This document shows positions 47,017 through 54,836 of a stretch of DNA of 64,000 nt, in pieces. Positions within the stretch are counted from its first letter, which is position 1. Every line of letters starts with the position of its first letter. A model generated the notes under the pieces. It was given only the letters and a program-made list of their open reading frames with translations. It was not told where the DNA came from and ran no database searches. Origin of the DNA: an uncultured Gammaproteobacteria bacterium (GTDB lineage Bacteria; Patescibacteriota; Patescibacteriia; Patescibacteriales; UBA12465); the NCBI GenBank assembly GCA_964616855.1, contig CAZTUJ010000001.1, forward strand, positions 256,301 to 320,300. The letters run 5' to 3'. A program made the position numbers and the translations under genes.

Positions 47017-49452
47017 ATGGAGAAAAATTATGAAGCCCCTGCTATAGAGGGCAAATGGATCGAAAAATGGAAAGAGCTGGGCATCTATCGCTTTGCAAGC
47101 GACAGTGAAAAGCCTGTTTTTTCTGTGGACACACCACCCCCCTATGTAAACGCTGATCACCTGCATATTGGACATGCTATGTCCTATATTCAGGCGGAAA
47201 TCATCGTTCGTTACAAGAGGATGAAGGGTTTCAATATCTTTTATCCTATGGGGTTCGACGATAACGGTCTGCCAACAGAACGTTACGTTGAAAGCAAGTA
47301 TAAAATTAACAAACAGGCCATTCCTCGTCAGGAGTTTATTGACCTGTGTATTGAAGAGACCCGAAAAGGGGCAATCAACTACCAAAAATTCTGGGAATCT
47401 TTAGCCATTGGCGTTGACTGGTCATTGAACTACAACACCATCGGTGAACTTTCACAGAAAACTGCGCAACGGTCATTTATTGACCTCTTCAAGAAAGGCT
47501 TAGTTTACCAACAGGAAGCACCAACTTTTTGGTGTCCCAGTTGTCAGACCGCCTTGGCTCAAGCTGATTTGGAAGACAAAGAAGAAAAAGCGAAGATGTT
47601 TTATCTCAACTTTTCCATCCTTGGCTCTGATGAAGCCTTAACTATCGCTACCACCAGACCGGAATTGCTTCCGGCCTGCGTTGCCCTTTATGTTAATCCT
47701 AACGATGAGCGTTATGCTCGCTGGATTGGCAGTAAAGCCATTGTGCCCATGTTCAACCACGAAGTCGCAATTTTATCAGATGATGAAGTTGAGATGTCGG
47801 TTGGTACGGGGGCAATGATGGTTTGCACCTGGGGTGACGCTGAAGATGTTCGTCGCTGGAAAAGCGACAAACTGGAAACCCGCACTCTTCTTGGCCGAGA
47901 CGGCAGACTGAACGAGAACGCTGGCGAATTTCAGGGACTGAAATCTCCGGCCGCCCGTCAGGCAATTGCCCAGAAGCTGAGGGAACTTGGCTTACTCGAT
48001 CATGAAGAAGAAATTACCCACAGCAAAAAGGTTCACGAAAGGTGCGAAACACCGGTTGAATTTTTGTCTTCAAGGCAGTGGTTTATCAATGTTTTGACCA
48101 GCAAAGAAGAATTTCTGCGCTTAGGCCAGACGTTTAACTGGAATCCGGATTCAATGAAAATCAGGTATGATGACTGGGTGTCCAACCTTAAATGGGATTG
48201 GTGCATCTCCCGTGACCGCTACTATGGCGTACCTTTTCCGGTATGGCATTGTACTGATTGTGGTCAAATCATTTTACCCGAAGATTCAATGTTGCCGGTT
48301 GACCCTCGTGACGAAGGCCCTGCGGACATTAGCTGCCCTCATTGTGGCGGTAATAATTTCCGTGGCGAAACTCAGGTAATGGATACCTGGATGACTTCCT
48401 CACTGTCACCGCTGATCAACGCCAAATGGATGGAAGAAGACAGCTTGATGGCCAAGATTTACCCCTTTAGTTTAAGAGTACAGGCTTTCGAAATTATTCG
48501 GACCTGGCTTTTTTACACGGTGGTAAAATCCTGGTTCCATACCGACTCCATTCCTTGGAAGGAAGTAATGATTTCCGGCTGGGGTTTGGATAAAAACGGC
48601 AAGAAGATGTCGAAATCAAAAGGGAACATCGTTAAGATTGATGATGCTGTTAAGCAGTATTCAGCTGACGCTGTTCGCTGGTGGTCCACTGGTTCTGCTT
48701 TGGGTAACAATTTGCGTCATTCCGAAGTTGATTTGCAAGCCGGTCGTAAACTGGTAAACAAACTTTGGAACGTAGCTCGTTTCGTTAAGCCCTTATTTGA
48801 TTCCATTCCTCTGACACAGCCCAACCCCGTATTGGTTAATTTTTCCGATCGTTGGATTATGGCGGAATTACAGAAAGTAATTGCCGAGTGCAGTAAGGCT
48901 TTAGAAGTTTGTAACTTCAATAAAGCTAGAGTTACTCTGGAAAAGTTTTTTTGGTCAAAATATTGCGATAATTACCTTGAACTTTGCAAGGATCGCGTTT
49001 GGAAATCCGAAAAATATTCTACCGAGGAACTTGACTCGCTCCGTTACTCCCTGGCTCTGTCCATGGAAACCATCCTTAAACTGTTCGCGCCGATCATTCC
49101 TTTCGCTAGCGAAGAAATCTACCACGTTCTTTTTGAAGAGCCAGACACGACCTCAATTCACGTTGCTGCCTGGCCCGAAGCAAGTGCTGACTATGAAAAT
49201 GAGGACTTACTCAACTTTGGTCCGAATCTGCTTGATATTATCAGCAAAATCCGCAATTTCAAAAGTGCAGAAATCAAAAATCTGCGGGCGGAAATCGCTT
49301 GTATCTCAATCGTTTCGGAAAACCCACTGATGGCAGAAGCTCTCAATGACCTGTCCGCCTTAGCCGGAGCCAAAGAACATCGCCTCAATGAGGTAATAGT
49401 CGGAGCTTCTCTTTATGAAAGCTATGACTCCTACCTTTATTTATCGCTTTGA
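47017..49452 (+). CDS. valS: Valine--tRNA ligase, archaeal-like type (class Ia aaRS)
   Basis: PPPYVNADHLHIGHA (HIGH), FDDNGLPTERYVE, DWCISRDRYYGVPFPVWHC..CG and KMSKSKGN. 811 aa. Val versus Ile/Leu specificity was judged from motif style only. Confidence 0.7.
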   Translation: MEKNYEAPAIEGKWIEKWKELGIYRFASDSEKPVFSVDTPPPYVNADHLHIGHAMSYIQAEIIVRYKRMKGFNIFYPMGFDDNGLPTERYVESKYKINKQAIPRQEFIDLCIEETRKGAINYQKFWESLAIGVDWSLNYNTIGELSQKTAQRSFIDLFKKGLVYQQEAPTFWCPSCQTALAQADLEDKEEKAKMFYLNFSILGSDEALTIATTRPELLPACVALYVNPNDERYARWIGSKAIVPMFNHEVAILSDDEVEMSVGTGAMMVCTWGDAEDVRRWKSDKLETRTLLGRDGRLNENAGEFQGLKSPAARQAIAQKLRELGLLDHEEEITHSKKVHERCETPVEFLSSRQWFINVLTSKEEFLRLGQTFNWNPDSMKIRYDDWVSNLKWDWCISRDRYYGVPFPVWHCTDCGQIILPEDSMLPVDPRDEGPADISCPHCGGNNFRGETQVMDTWMTSSLSPLINAKWMEEDSLMAKIYPFSLRVQAFEIIRTWLFYTVVKSWFHTDSIPWKEVMISGWGLDKNGKKMSKSKGNIVKIDDAVKQYSADAVRWWSTGSALGNNLRHSEVDLQAGRKLVNKLWNVARFVKPLFDSIPLTQPNPVLVNFSDRWIMAELQKVIAECSKALEVCNFNKARVTLEKFFWSKYCDNYLELCKDRVWKSEKYSTEELDSLRYSLALSMETILKLFAPIIPFASEEIYHVLFEEPDTTSIHVAAWPEASADYENEDLLNFGPNLLDIISKIRNFKSAEIKNLRAEIACISIVSENPLMAEALNDLSALAGAKEHRLNEVIVGASLYESYDSYLYLSL

Positions 49453-49480
49453 TACATTAATCGTACTTTAATTTTGTTCG

Positions 49481-49512
49481 CTCCCCCTTTGCAAAGAGGG
49501 GGAGTTTTTTTT
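49481..49512 (+). terminator. Rho-independent terminator after valS
   Basis: CTCCCCC...GGGGGAG is a GC-rich stem followed by T8. Confidence 0.8.
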
Positions 49513-49539
49513 GACTTTTTTTGCGTTTTATAGTAATTT
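49511..49539 (+). promoter_or_regulatory. Putative promoter of the NTase/radical-SAM unit
   Basis: TTGACT (49511-49516), a 17-nt spacer, then TAATTT (49534-49539). The -10 box is weak. Confidence 0.4.
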
Positions 49540-49569
49540 CAAGGTAAATATATACCTAAAACATATTTT

Positions 49570-51060
49570 ATGACGGCCGAAAACAAGCACTTGCGCGAAA
49601 CCTTACAGAAGCTGATTTCATCAGACTCTCTTTTGTCGGCCACGATTGTGAGCGTCTATATTTATGGCAGCTTCATTACTAATGAGTTAACGGAAAAAAG
49701 TGACATTGACTGTTTGGTGGTAGCGAGGGAGATAAGTCCAGAATTGCTTAGCAAAATCAAGTTAATGAAAGCGGCGATTGAGATGGAAATGAAACGGGAG
49801 TTTTTTGTTAATATCGCTGCCAAAGATGATTTTTCGCCGGAGAACTTTGCTCAAGGTTTTTTTACGCATCGCGAACGCCCCTATTATTTCTTATTTGAGT
49901 TAAAGTATAACTTCCAGCTGTTTTATGGAGCTGACTTTGTTGCCCAAATCCAGTTTCCGGAGATGTTAGAATTGCGGGTAAAAGAGGAGTGCGTGCGTTT
50001 AATGAAAAATTTACAGTATATTAATAATAAGCTGTTAATTAATAGTGAAACAAATTTATATTCTAAAGACGCGGCTTTAAAAAATATCCTTTTTGCTGTA
50101 AAAATTTTTCAGATATTCTATCAATACCGCTTTAACAGCTATCAGGAGAGCGCCGCTTTAGCCTCGCAGGTTTTAGTCTCTCAGTTGCCTGTGACCGTTT
50201 ATAATTACGTTAAAAAAAATCTGGGAAATGCTGAGACTATAGAAATTAGAGCTGCTGACTCCATCGCCTTTTATCAAGCTGCGATCAGATTGATGACCGA
50301 GCAGATCGGACCGGATAAGAAGACTAAGGGCTGTTTGGCTTACAATGATTGTCTGGGTTATTTTTCTGGCAAGCAAGAGCTTATAGCTGGCGGGGAAGCA
50401 CTTGATGTGATTATTTTTTTAAACGGTTTGCCGCGGCCGGCACAAACTCAGGAGATATCTGACTACTTTGTCAGGAATGGTTATTTATTTATAAATTTAT
50501 ATTATCCCGGCTACTGGGAGGCTCCGGGAGAAATGAGCTTTTCTAATTTAGGCGCGCAAGTAATCGCTTTTGCTCAGGCCCTTAAGGCAGGTGAAATGTT
50601 TGAGGCTTTTTCTGGTCGTAATCTGACCTTGAAGATTGGTAAGATTTTTTTAGTAGGTTCTAGTTTTGGGGCTTCCGTTTCCTTGGCAGCCCAAGATGAT
50701 GCCTTCTCTAAAATTGTGGCGGTCAGCCCCTTAATTGACTTTTCGGCTCATCAAGAGACTATTGACATATTAAGGGATAAGCTGGTATTCTTCAGGGAAG
50801 TCGTGCGCCTATCTGCAGACAGTCAGACTGAGGAAAGTTTGTTTGTTTTAGACCAAAAGTCTCAAAAATTACGCTTATCACCAGAGAAAATCCTCTTGGT
50901 TGCTGATAAGTTAGACAAGCAAATAAATTTTGCCAGCGTGCAAGAATATGCTGACAGTCATAAGATTAGTCTTTTGAAGACTGATAGCGGCGACCACGGC
51001 TATAAGATTATTAAACAAGATCGTATTTTTGAACAGATTTTTAACTTCATTAAAAACTAA
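49570..51060 (+). CDS. Fusion protein: Pol-beta-type (ANT/AadA-like) nucleotidyltransferase plus helical domain plus alpha/beta hydrolase
   Basis: N-terminal VYIYGSFITNELTEKSDIDCLVV (GS-x10-DxD). C-terminal nucleophile elbow LVGSSFGAS and terminal SGDHGY His motif. Confidence 0.7.
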   Translation: MTAENKHLRETLQKLISSDSLLSATIVSVYIYGSFITNELTEKSDIDCLVVAREISPELLSKIKLMKAAIEMEMKREFFVNIAAKDDFSPENFAQGFFTHRERPYYFLFELKYNFQLFYGADFVAQIQFPEMLELRVKEECVRLMKNLQYINNKLLINSETNLYSKDAALKNILFAVKIFQIFYQYRFNSYQESAALASQVLVSQLPVTVYNYVKKNLGNAETIEIRAADSIAFYQAAIRLMTEQIGPDKKTKGCLAYNDCLGYFSGKQELIAGGEALDVIIFLNGLPRPAQTQEISDYFVRNGYLFINLYYPGYWEAPGEMSFSNLGAQVIAFAQALKAGEMFEAFSGRNLTLKIGKIFLVGSSFGASVSLAAQDDAFSKIVAVSPLIDFSAHQETIDILRDKLVFFREVVRLSADSQTEESLFVLDQKSQKLRLSPEKILLVADKLDKQINFASVQEYADSHKISLLKTDSGDHGYKIIKQDRIFEQIFNFIKN

Positions 51061-51067
51061 ATTAACG

Positions 51068-52132
51068 ATGAAAACAGATGACTACTTCAGCACGAGCAAG
51101 TGGAACTGGCTGGTTTCTTATATTAAAGATATAGACCGGAATAATTCTGCCTTGCCTTTTACCCTGCGCCTTGACCTGACGGCCGATTGTAACTTTGGCT
51201 GTCCTAATTGCTTGTATCAAAGCAAATCTTCCACCATCCAGAAGGATGTCCGTTATTCCTACCCCGGTTCACAGGAACTGGACTATTCCCGCCTAATCAA
51301 ACTCATTAAGCTGTTTGCTAAGAAAGGGCTTAAATCCGCTATCATTACCGGTGGCGGCGAACCCTTTGTTTACGAAAAGTTTGAAAAAGTGCTTGATGCT
51401 TTGTTCAGATGCAAGATCGAAGTGGGTATTATTACCAACGGGACCAAGTTGACCCCAGCTTTTATCAAAAAGTATTCTGCTAACAAGTATCTGAAATGGA
51501 TCAGAATCTCTCTTGATTCTGCCACCGCCGAAACTTGGAGCCGCGTCCATCGTCCCGCCGATAACTCCTCTTTTGAGGAATTAATCGAGAATATCCGGCT
51601 GCTGGCCAGCGACAAAGACCGTAATTTCCTGGTTGGCATAAACTTTCTGGTTATGCCCATTAACTACAAGGAGATTGTTCCTGCTTACCATTTGGTTGAA
51701 AGTTTGGGGGTGGATAACATCAGATATACCCCTGTATTTACCAAAGCTGGTAAAAAGATTTATGAGGGCATCAGGGAAGACATGGATAGTAAACTCCAGG
51801 AAGTTATTGGTTTAATCAATCCCCGCGCCCAGGTTAATTTACCCAGATTTAATTTTCTGGACACACCTAATAGTACGGAGCGTTGCTGGTTTTCCCATTT
51901 TTCCATTAATCTCGGCATTGATTCCACTCTTTATCCCTGTTGCCTGAAGAAATATGTTAAAGGCATGGGTACGCCCCTTACTCCTGAAAATTTTGATAAA
52001 GACCTGCGTTCCTATTTCCGGAAGATGAAGAAGTTTGACGCTCTGTCCTGCCAAGATTGCATGTATAAGAAGTTTAACGAATTTTCCGAAGAAGCCAGGC
52101 ATAATGGCAGTCTGGATAATTTCATACCTTAA
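51068..52132 (+). CDS. Radical SAM enzyme with C-terminal SPASM/twitch-like Cys motifs
   Basis: CNFGCPNC (CxxxCxxC), GGGEPF and IRISLDS. The C-terminus has CWFSHFSINLGIDSTLYPCC and CQDC. ATG 51068 is 8 nt after the upstream stop. Confidence 0.8.
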   Translation: MKTDDYFSTSKWNWLVSYIKDIDRNNSALPFTLRLDLTADCNFGCPNCLYQSKSSTIQKDVRYSYPGSQELDYSRLIKLIKLFAKKGLKSAIITGGGEPFVYEKFEKVLDALFRCKIEVGIITNGTKLTPAFIKKYSANKYLKWIRISLDSATAETWSRVHRPADNSSFEELIENIRLLASDKDRNFLVGINFLVMPINYKEIVPAYHLVESLGVDNIRYTPVFTKAGKKIYEGIREDMDSKLQEVIGLINPRAQVNLPRFNFLDTPNSTERCWFSHFSINLGIDSTLYPCCLKKYVKGMGTPLTPENFDKDLRSYFRKMKKFDALSCQDCMYKKFNEFSEEARHNGSLDNFIP

Positions 52133-52150
52133 AACTAAATTTTAGAAATG

Positions 52151-52181
52151 AAAAAGCTATCCTTATTGGGGATAGCTTTTT
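52151..52181. terminator. Bidirectional terminator between convergent genes
   Basis: AAAAAGCTATCC-ttattgg-GGATAGCTTTTT, with A/T runs on both sides. Confidence 0.8.
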
Positions 52182-52196
52182 AAATTTCGAAAGTTA

Positions 52197-53453
52197 TTAT
52201 AGGATTGTTGGTAGCAATTCTCTGATTTTTTTTAAGCCAGAGTTACTGCCTTGATTGTTACGAAGTTCCGAGATATATCTTCGTGAAAGGAGGTCGAACC
52301 AGAGGTCGTGGTAGCTTGAGTAGAATTCAAACAGTTCTAGTTGTGAGAGCTTTCTAATTAGTTTTTGACAGCTCTTAACAATTTCCATTTCCGTTTCACT
52401 CCGTTCATCAGCCGGTAATTTTTTCTGTGCGTCAGTTTGTTCCAAAAATAAGAGGACGTTTTTCTTCTTGATTACCAGTTTGGAGACATCAATTATCTTT
52501 TGGTCAAAATCAATCGCTTGTCCGATATTGGCCGAAAGGTAGAGGAGTTTCAAATGTTCCCAGGAGTATTTTTCCAGGAATTTGTTGATATCGGTAATTT
52601 CCGGAAAGTTTCCGTATTTACTGATTTTTTTACCGGCGCGCGTGAGCATGCCGTGAACAATTACGTTAATTTCTGGGTCCAGCACTGGCTGGTTGTTGGC
52701 CAGAAAGTAATAAAGGTAGCGCCCCAAGATGTCTTGCCCTAAAATCACAGTTTTTATCGGCGGCAGGTCCAGCTTAACGGCGAGAGTCGGGAAAAGGGAA
52801 TAGACAAATTTAGGGTCAAACACTTTGCCTTTAAGGAGTCCGTTGATAGGTTCGGCGGAAAAGCCGTCGGTTCTTTCTTTGGTAATGATAAATTCATCTG
52901 GCATGTCAGAAAATACGCCTAAAAATTTGTTTTTCATCTTCTCGGGAATGAAAACAAAATTTTCAGTTAATGCTCTGATTGATTTTTTATCAATCTTGAT
53001 AAAAAGATCGGTGGCCATTTTTTGGGTAAGGGACGTAGAACATTGTTTGCACAATTTTAAAGGTTGTTCAGCTGGTCCCAGGTAGGAATTACAGGTTTCA
53101 CAGTACCAAGCATTATACTCCTTGATTTTTACTGTTTTCTCGGAGATCATTTTTGATACAATTTCTAAGATGTAATTATAGACTTCAGGGTCGTCATCCA
53201 AAAAGTGGATATAGTTGTTTGGTTGGCAATAGCCATCCACCAACGCTTTTGCTCTATCAAATAAAAGATTGAAAGCTTCGGCGTTGTTTGTTCCATCTTT
53301 CTGTCTGAATTTACCCAGCGCGTTCCATCCGATTACTATTTCTGTATCCGGATTAAAGCGCTTGATGAGGTCTAAGAGTATTACATCCATAAAGCTGCCA
53401 ATATGCATTTCCTGTCTTAACTGCATAGGAGCGTTAACGGCTGTTGTTTTCAT
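52197..53453 (-). CDS. Truncated MetRS-like class I aminoacyl-tRNA-synthetase paralog (degenerate HIGH)
   Basis: 418 aa. MHIGS sits in place of HIGH. Zn-knuckle-like WYCETCNSYL...CKQCSTSL. VHGMLTRAGKKISKYGNF sits in the KMSKS position. Short helical C-terminus. Confidence 0.6.
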   Translation of the reverse strand: MKTTAVNAPMQLRQEMHIGSFMDVILLDLIKRFNPDTEIVIGWNALGKFRQKDGTNNAEAFNLLFDRAKALVDGYCQPNNYIHFLDDDPEVYNYILEIVSKMISEKTVKIKEYNAWYCETCNSYLGPAEQPLKLCKQCSTSLTQKMATDLFIKIDKKSIRALTENFVFIPEKMKNKFLGVFSDMPDEFIITKERTDGFSAEPINGLLKGKVFDPKFVYSLFPTLAVKLDLPPIKTVILGQDILGRYLYYFLANNQPVLDPEINVIVHGMLTRAGKKISKYGNFPEITDINKFLEKYSWEHLKLLYLSANIGQAIDFDQKIIDVSKLVIKKKNVLLFLEQTDAQKKLPADERSETEMEIVKSCQKLIRKLSQLELFEFYSSYHDLWFDLLSRRYISELRNNQGSNSGLKKIRELLPTIL

Positions 53454-53634
53454 TGCTTTTCAATTTGTTAAAGAATCTAAAATCTTACAATAATAGGGGG
53501 CCTATTGTCAATTTTATTGTTTAGTATTGACAAATATACGTCTTTCTGATATTTGCAAAATATATATCTATATTTTAATTAAATAGACAATAATAGTGCT
53601 TATATGCTATTTTTATTTTATAATATTTTAAAAA

Positions 53635-54510
53635 ATGATTTGGTTTATTCTTGTTATTACGGCTGTAGTTTTTGTCGTAATTGAAACTATTTTAGAAAAA
53701 AAAGCTTTAAGCGATGCCCGTACTTTCAACTTTACGGCCATGTTTGCGTTTGGTAACGCAATTATTTCTATCCCCTTATTATTGGTAGCAGATCTTACGC
53801 CGATTAATTGGCAAATACTAATACTCATTTATATTGCCTCGGTGTTTTCGACGATAACATCTTTACTCATTTTTAAAGTGATAAAACACGAGTCAATTAG
53901 TGAGGTGGCACCTATTTTAGCCATATTACCTTTAGTGGTCTCACTATTTGCCTATCTTATTTTGGGAGAAACATTAAGCCTTTTTCAAGCCTCAGGGCTA
54001 ATACTAATGGTGGGCGGCATATTAATCCTTGAATTTAGTAATTACAAATACAGCAACGGCATTTTTAGAAAAGGCAGGAAAAAATATATTCTCTATATTA
54101 TCCTCAGTCTTATTTTAGGAGCAATTGGCGTAATATTTGATAAAGCACTTCTTTCAAATTTTAATGTTAACCCACTTGCTTACCTGGCGCTGATACAACT
54201 ATTTATCGGTATAAACTATATATTTTTTATTGGCATTAAGCCTAAATTATTTCCAAGTTTTAAGAGTGATCTCTCCAGGTATTGGCAAATACTCATATTA
54301 ATTGCTTTATCAGTGGTCATTCATCGTTATTTATATTTATCCGCGATAAAAATTGCTGCAAGTGCTGGTCTAGTGGTGGCTGTATTTAAATTATCTGCGC
54401 TTTTTAATGTTTTTGTTGGTAAGAAATTTTTTGCTGAAACTGGTATATTAAAAAAAGTCTTAGCTACTTTTGTTGTGCTTGTGGGATTATTTATGTTGAT
54501 TTTAAACTAG
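53635..54510 (+). CDS. EamA/DMT-superfamily transporter
   Basis: 291 aa, about 10 TM helices in two similar halves, each ending in a ...G(G)ILIL/VGLFMLIL segment. Confidence 0.6.
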   Translation: MIWFILVITAVVFVVIETILEKKALSDARTFNFTAMFAFGNAIISIPLLLVADLTPINWQILILIYIASVFSTITSLLIFKVIKHESISEVAPILAILPLVVSLFAYLILGETLSLFQASGLILMVGGILILEFSNYKYSNGIFRKGRKKYILYIILSLILGAIGVIFDKALLSNFNVNPLAYLALIQLFIGINYIFFIGIKPKLFPSFKSDLSRYWQILILIALSVVIHRYLYLSAIKIAASAGLVVAVFKLSALFNVFVGKKFFAETGILKKVLATFVVLVGLFMLILN

Positions 54511-54567
54511 AATAATAATAGCGACTGTACAGTATTTAATGTTTAATCAAATAGTTGATTGATTAAT

Positions 54568-54600
54568 AAAAATAGACTAATATCAGTCTATTTTTTGTTT
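54568..54600 (+). terminator. Rho-independent terminator after the DMT gene
   Basis: AAAAATAGACT-aatatc-AGTCTATTTTT followed by TGTTTTT. Confidence 0.8.
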
Positions 54601-54612
54601 TTACTAGATTGA

Positions 54613-54621
54613 TGTTATAAT
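54613..54621 (+). promoter_or_regulatory. Extended -10 promoter heading the swivel-protein operon
   Basis: TGtTATAAT. The -10 box ends 9 nt before the ATG at 54630. Confidence 0.45.
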
Positions 54622-54629
54622 TAACTTAG

Positions 54630-54836
54630 ATGATTTCCGGCAACATAAAATATATTATTTTAAATATGAGCGAAAAAATACCAGCTTTTTATCACAATCA
54701 ACATCTTCTTATCAAAGAAATTTTTAACCGCATTAAGGGAATTGTTTTAATATTAAAAAAGCAAAAAGATGAGATCGAAATACGACAAGCGCGGCAGTCT
54801 TTAGAAAATTATTCTGAAAATTATGAAAAAAAATAG
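54630..54836 (+). CDS. Small hypothetical protein (possibly leaderless; alternative ATG 54666)
   Basis: 68-aa ORF overlapping the next gene by 14 nt. No motif recognised. Confidence 0.35.
   Translation: MISGNIKYIILNMSEKIPAFYHNQHLLIKEIFNRIKGIVLILKKQKDEIEIRQARQSLENYSENYEKK

Noticed and set aside
46993-47385. 130-aa minus-strand ORF at the valS 5' end
   Set aside because: It is antisense to the HIGH-motif region of a clear class I aaRS and has no motif of its own.
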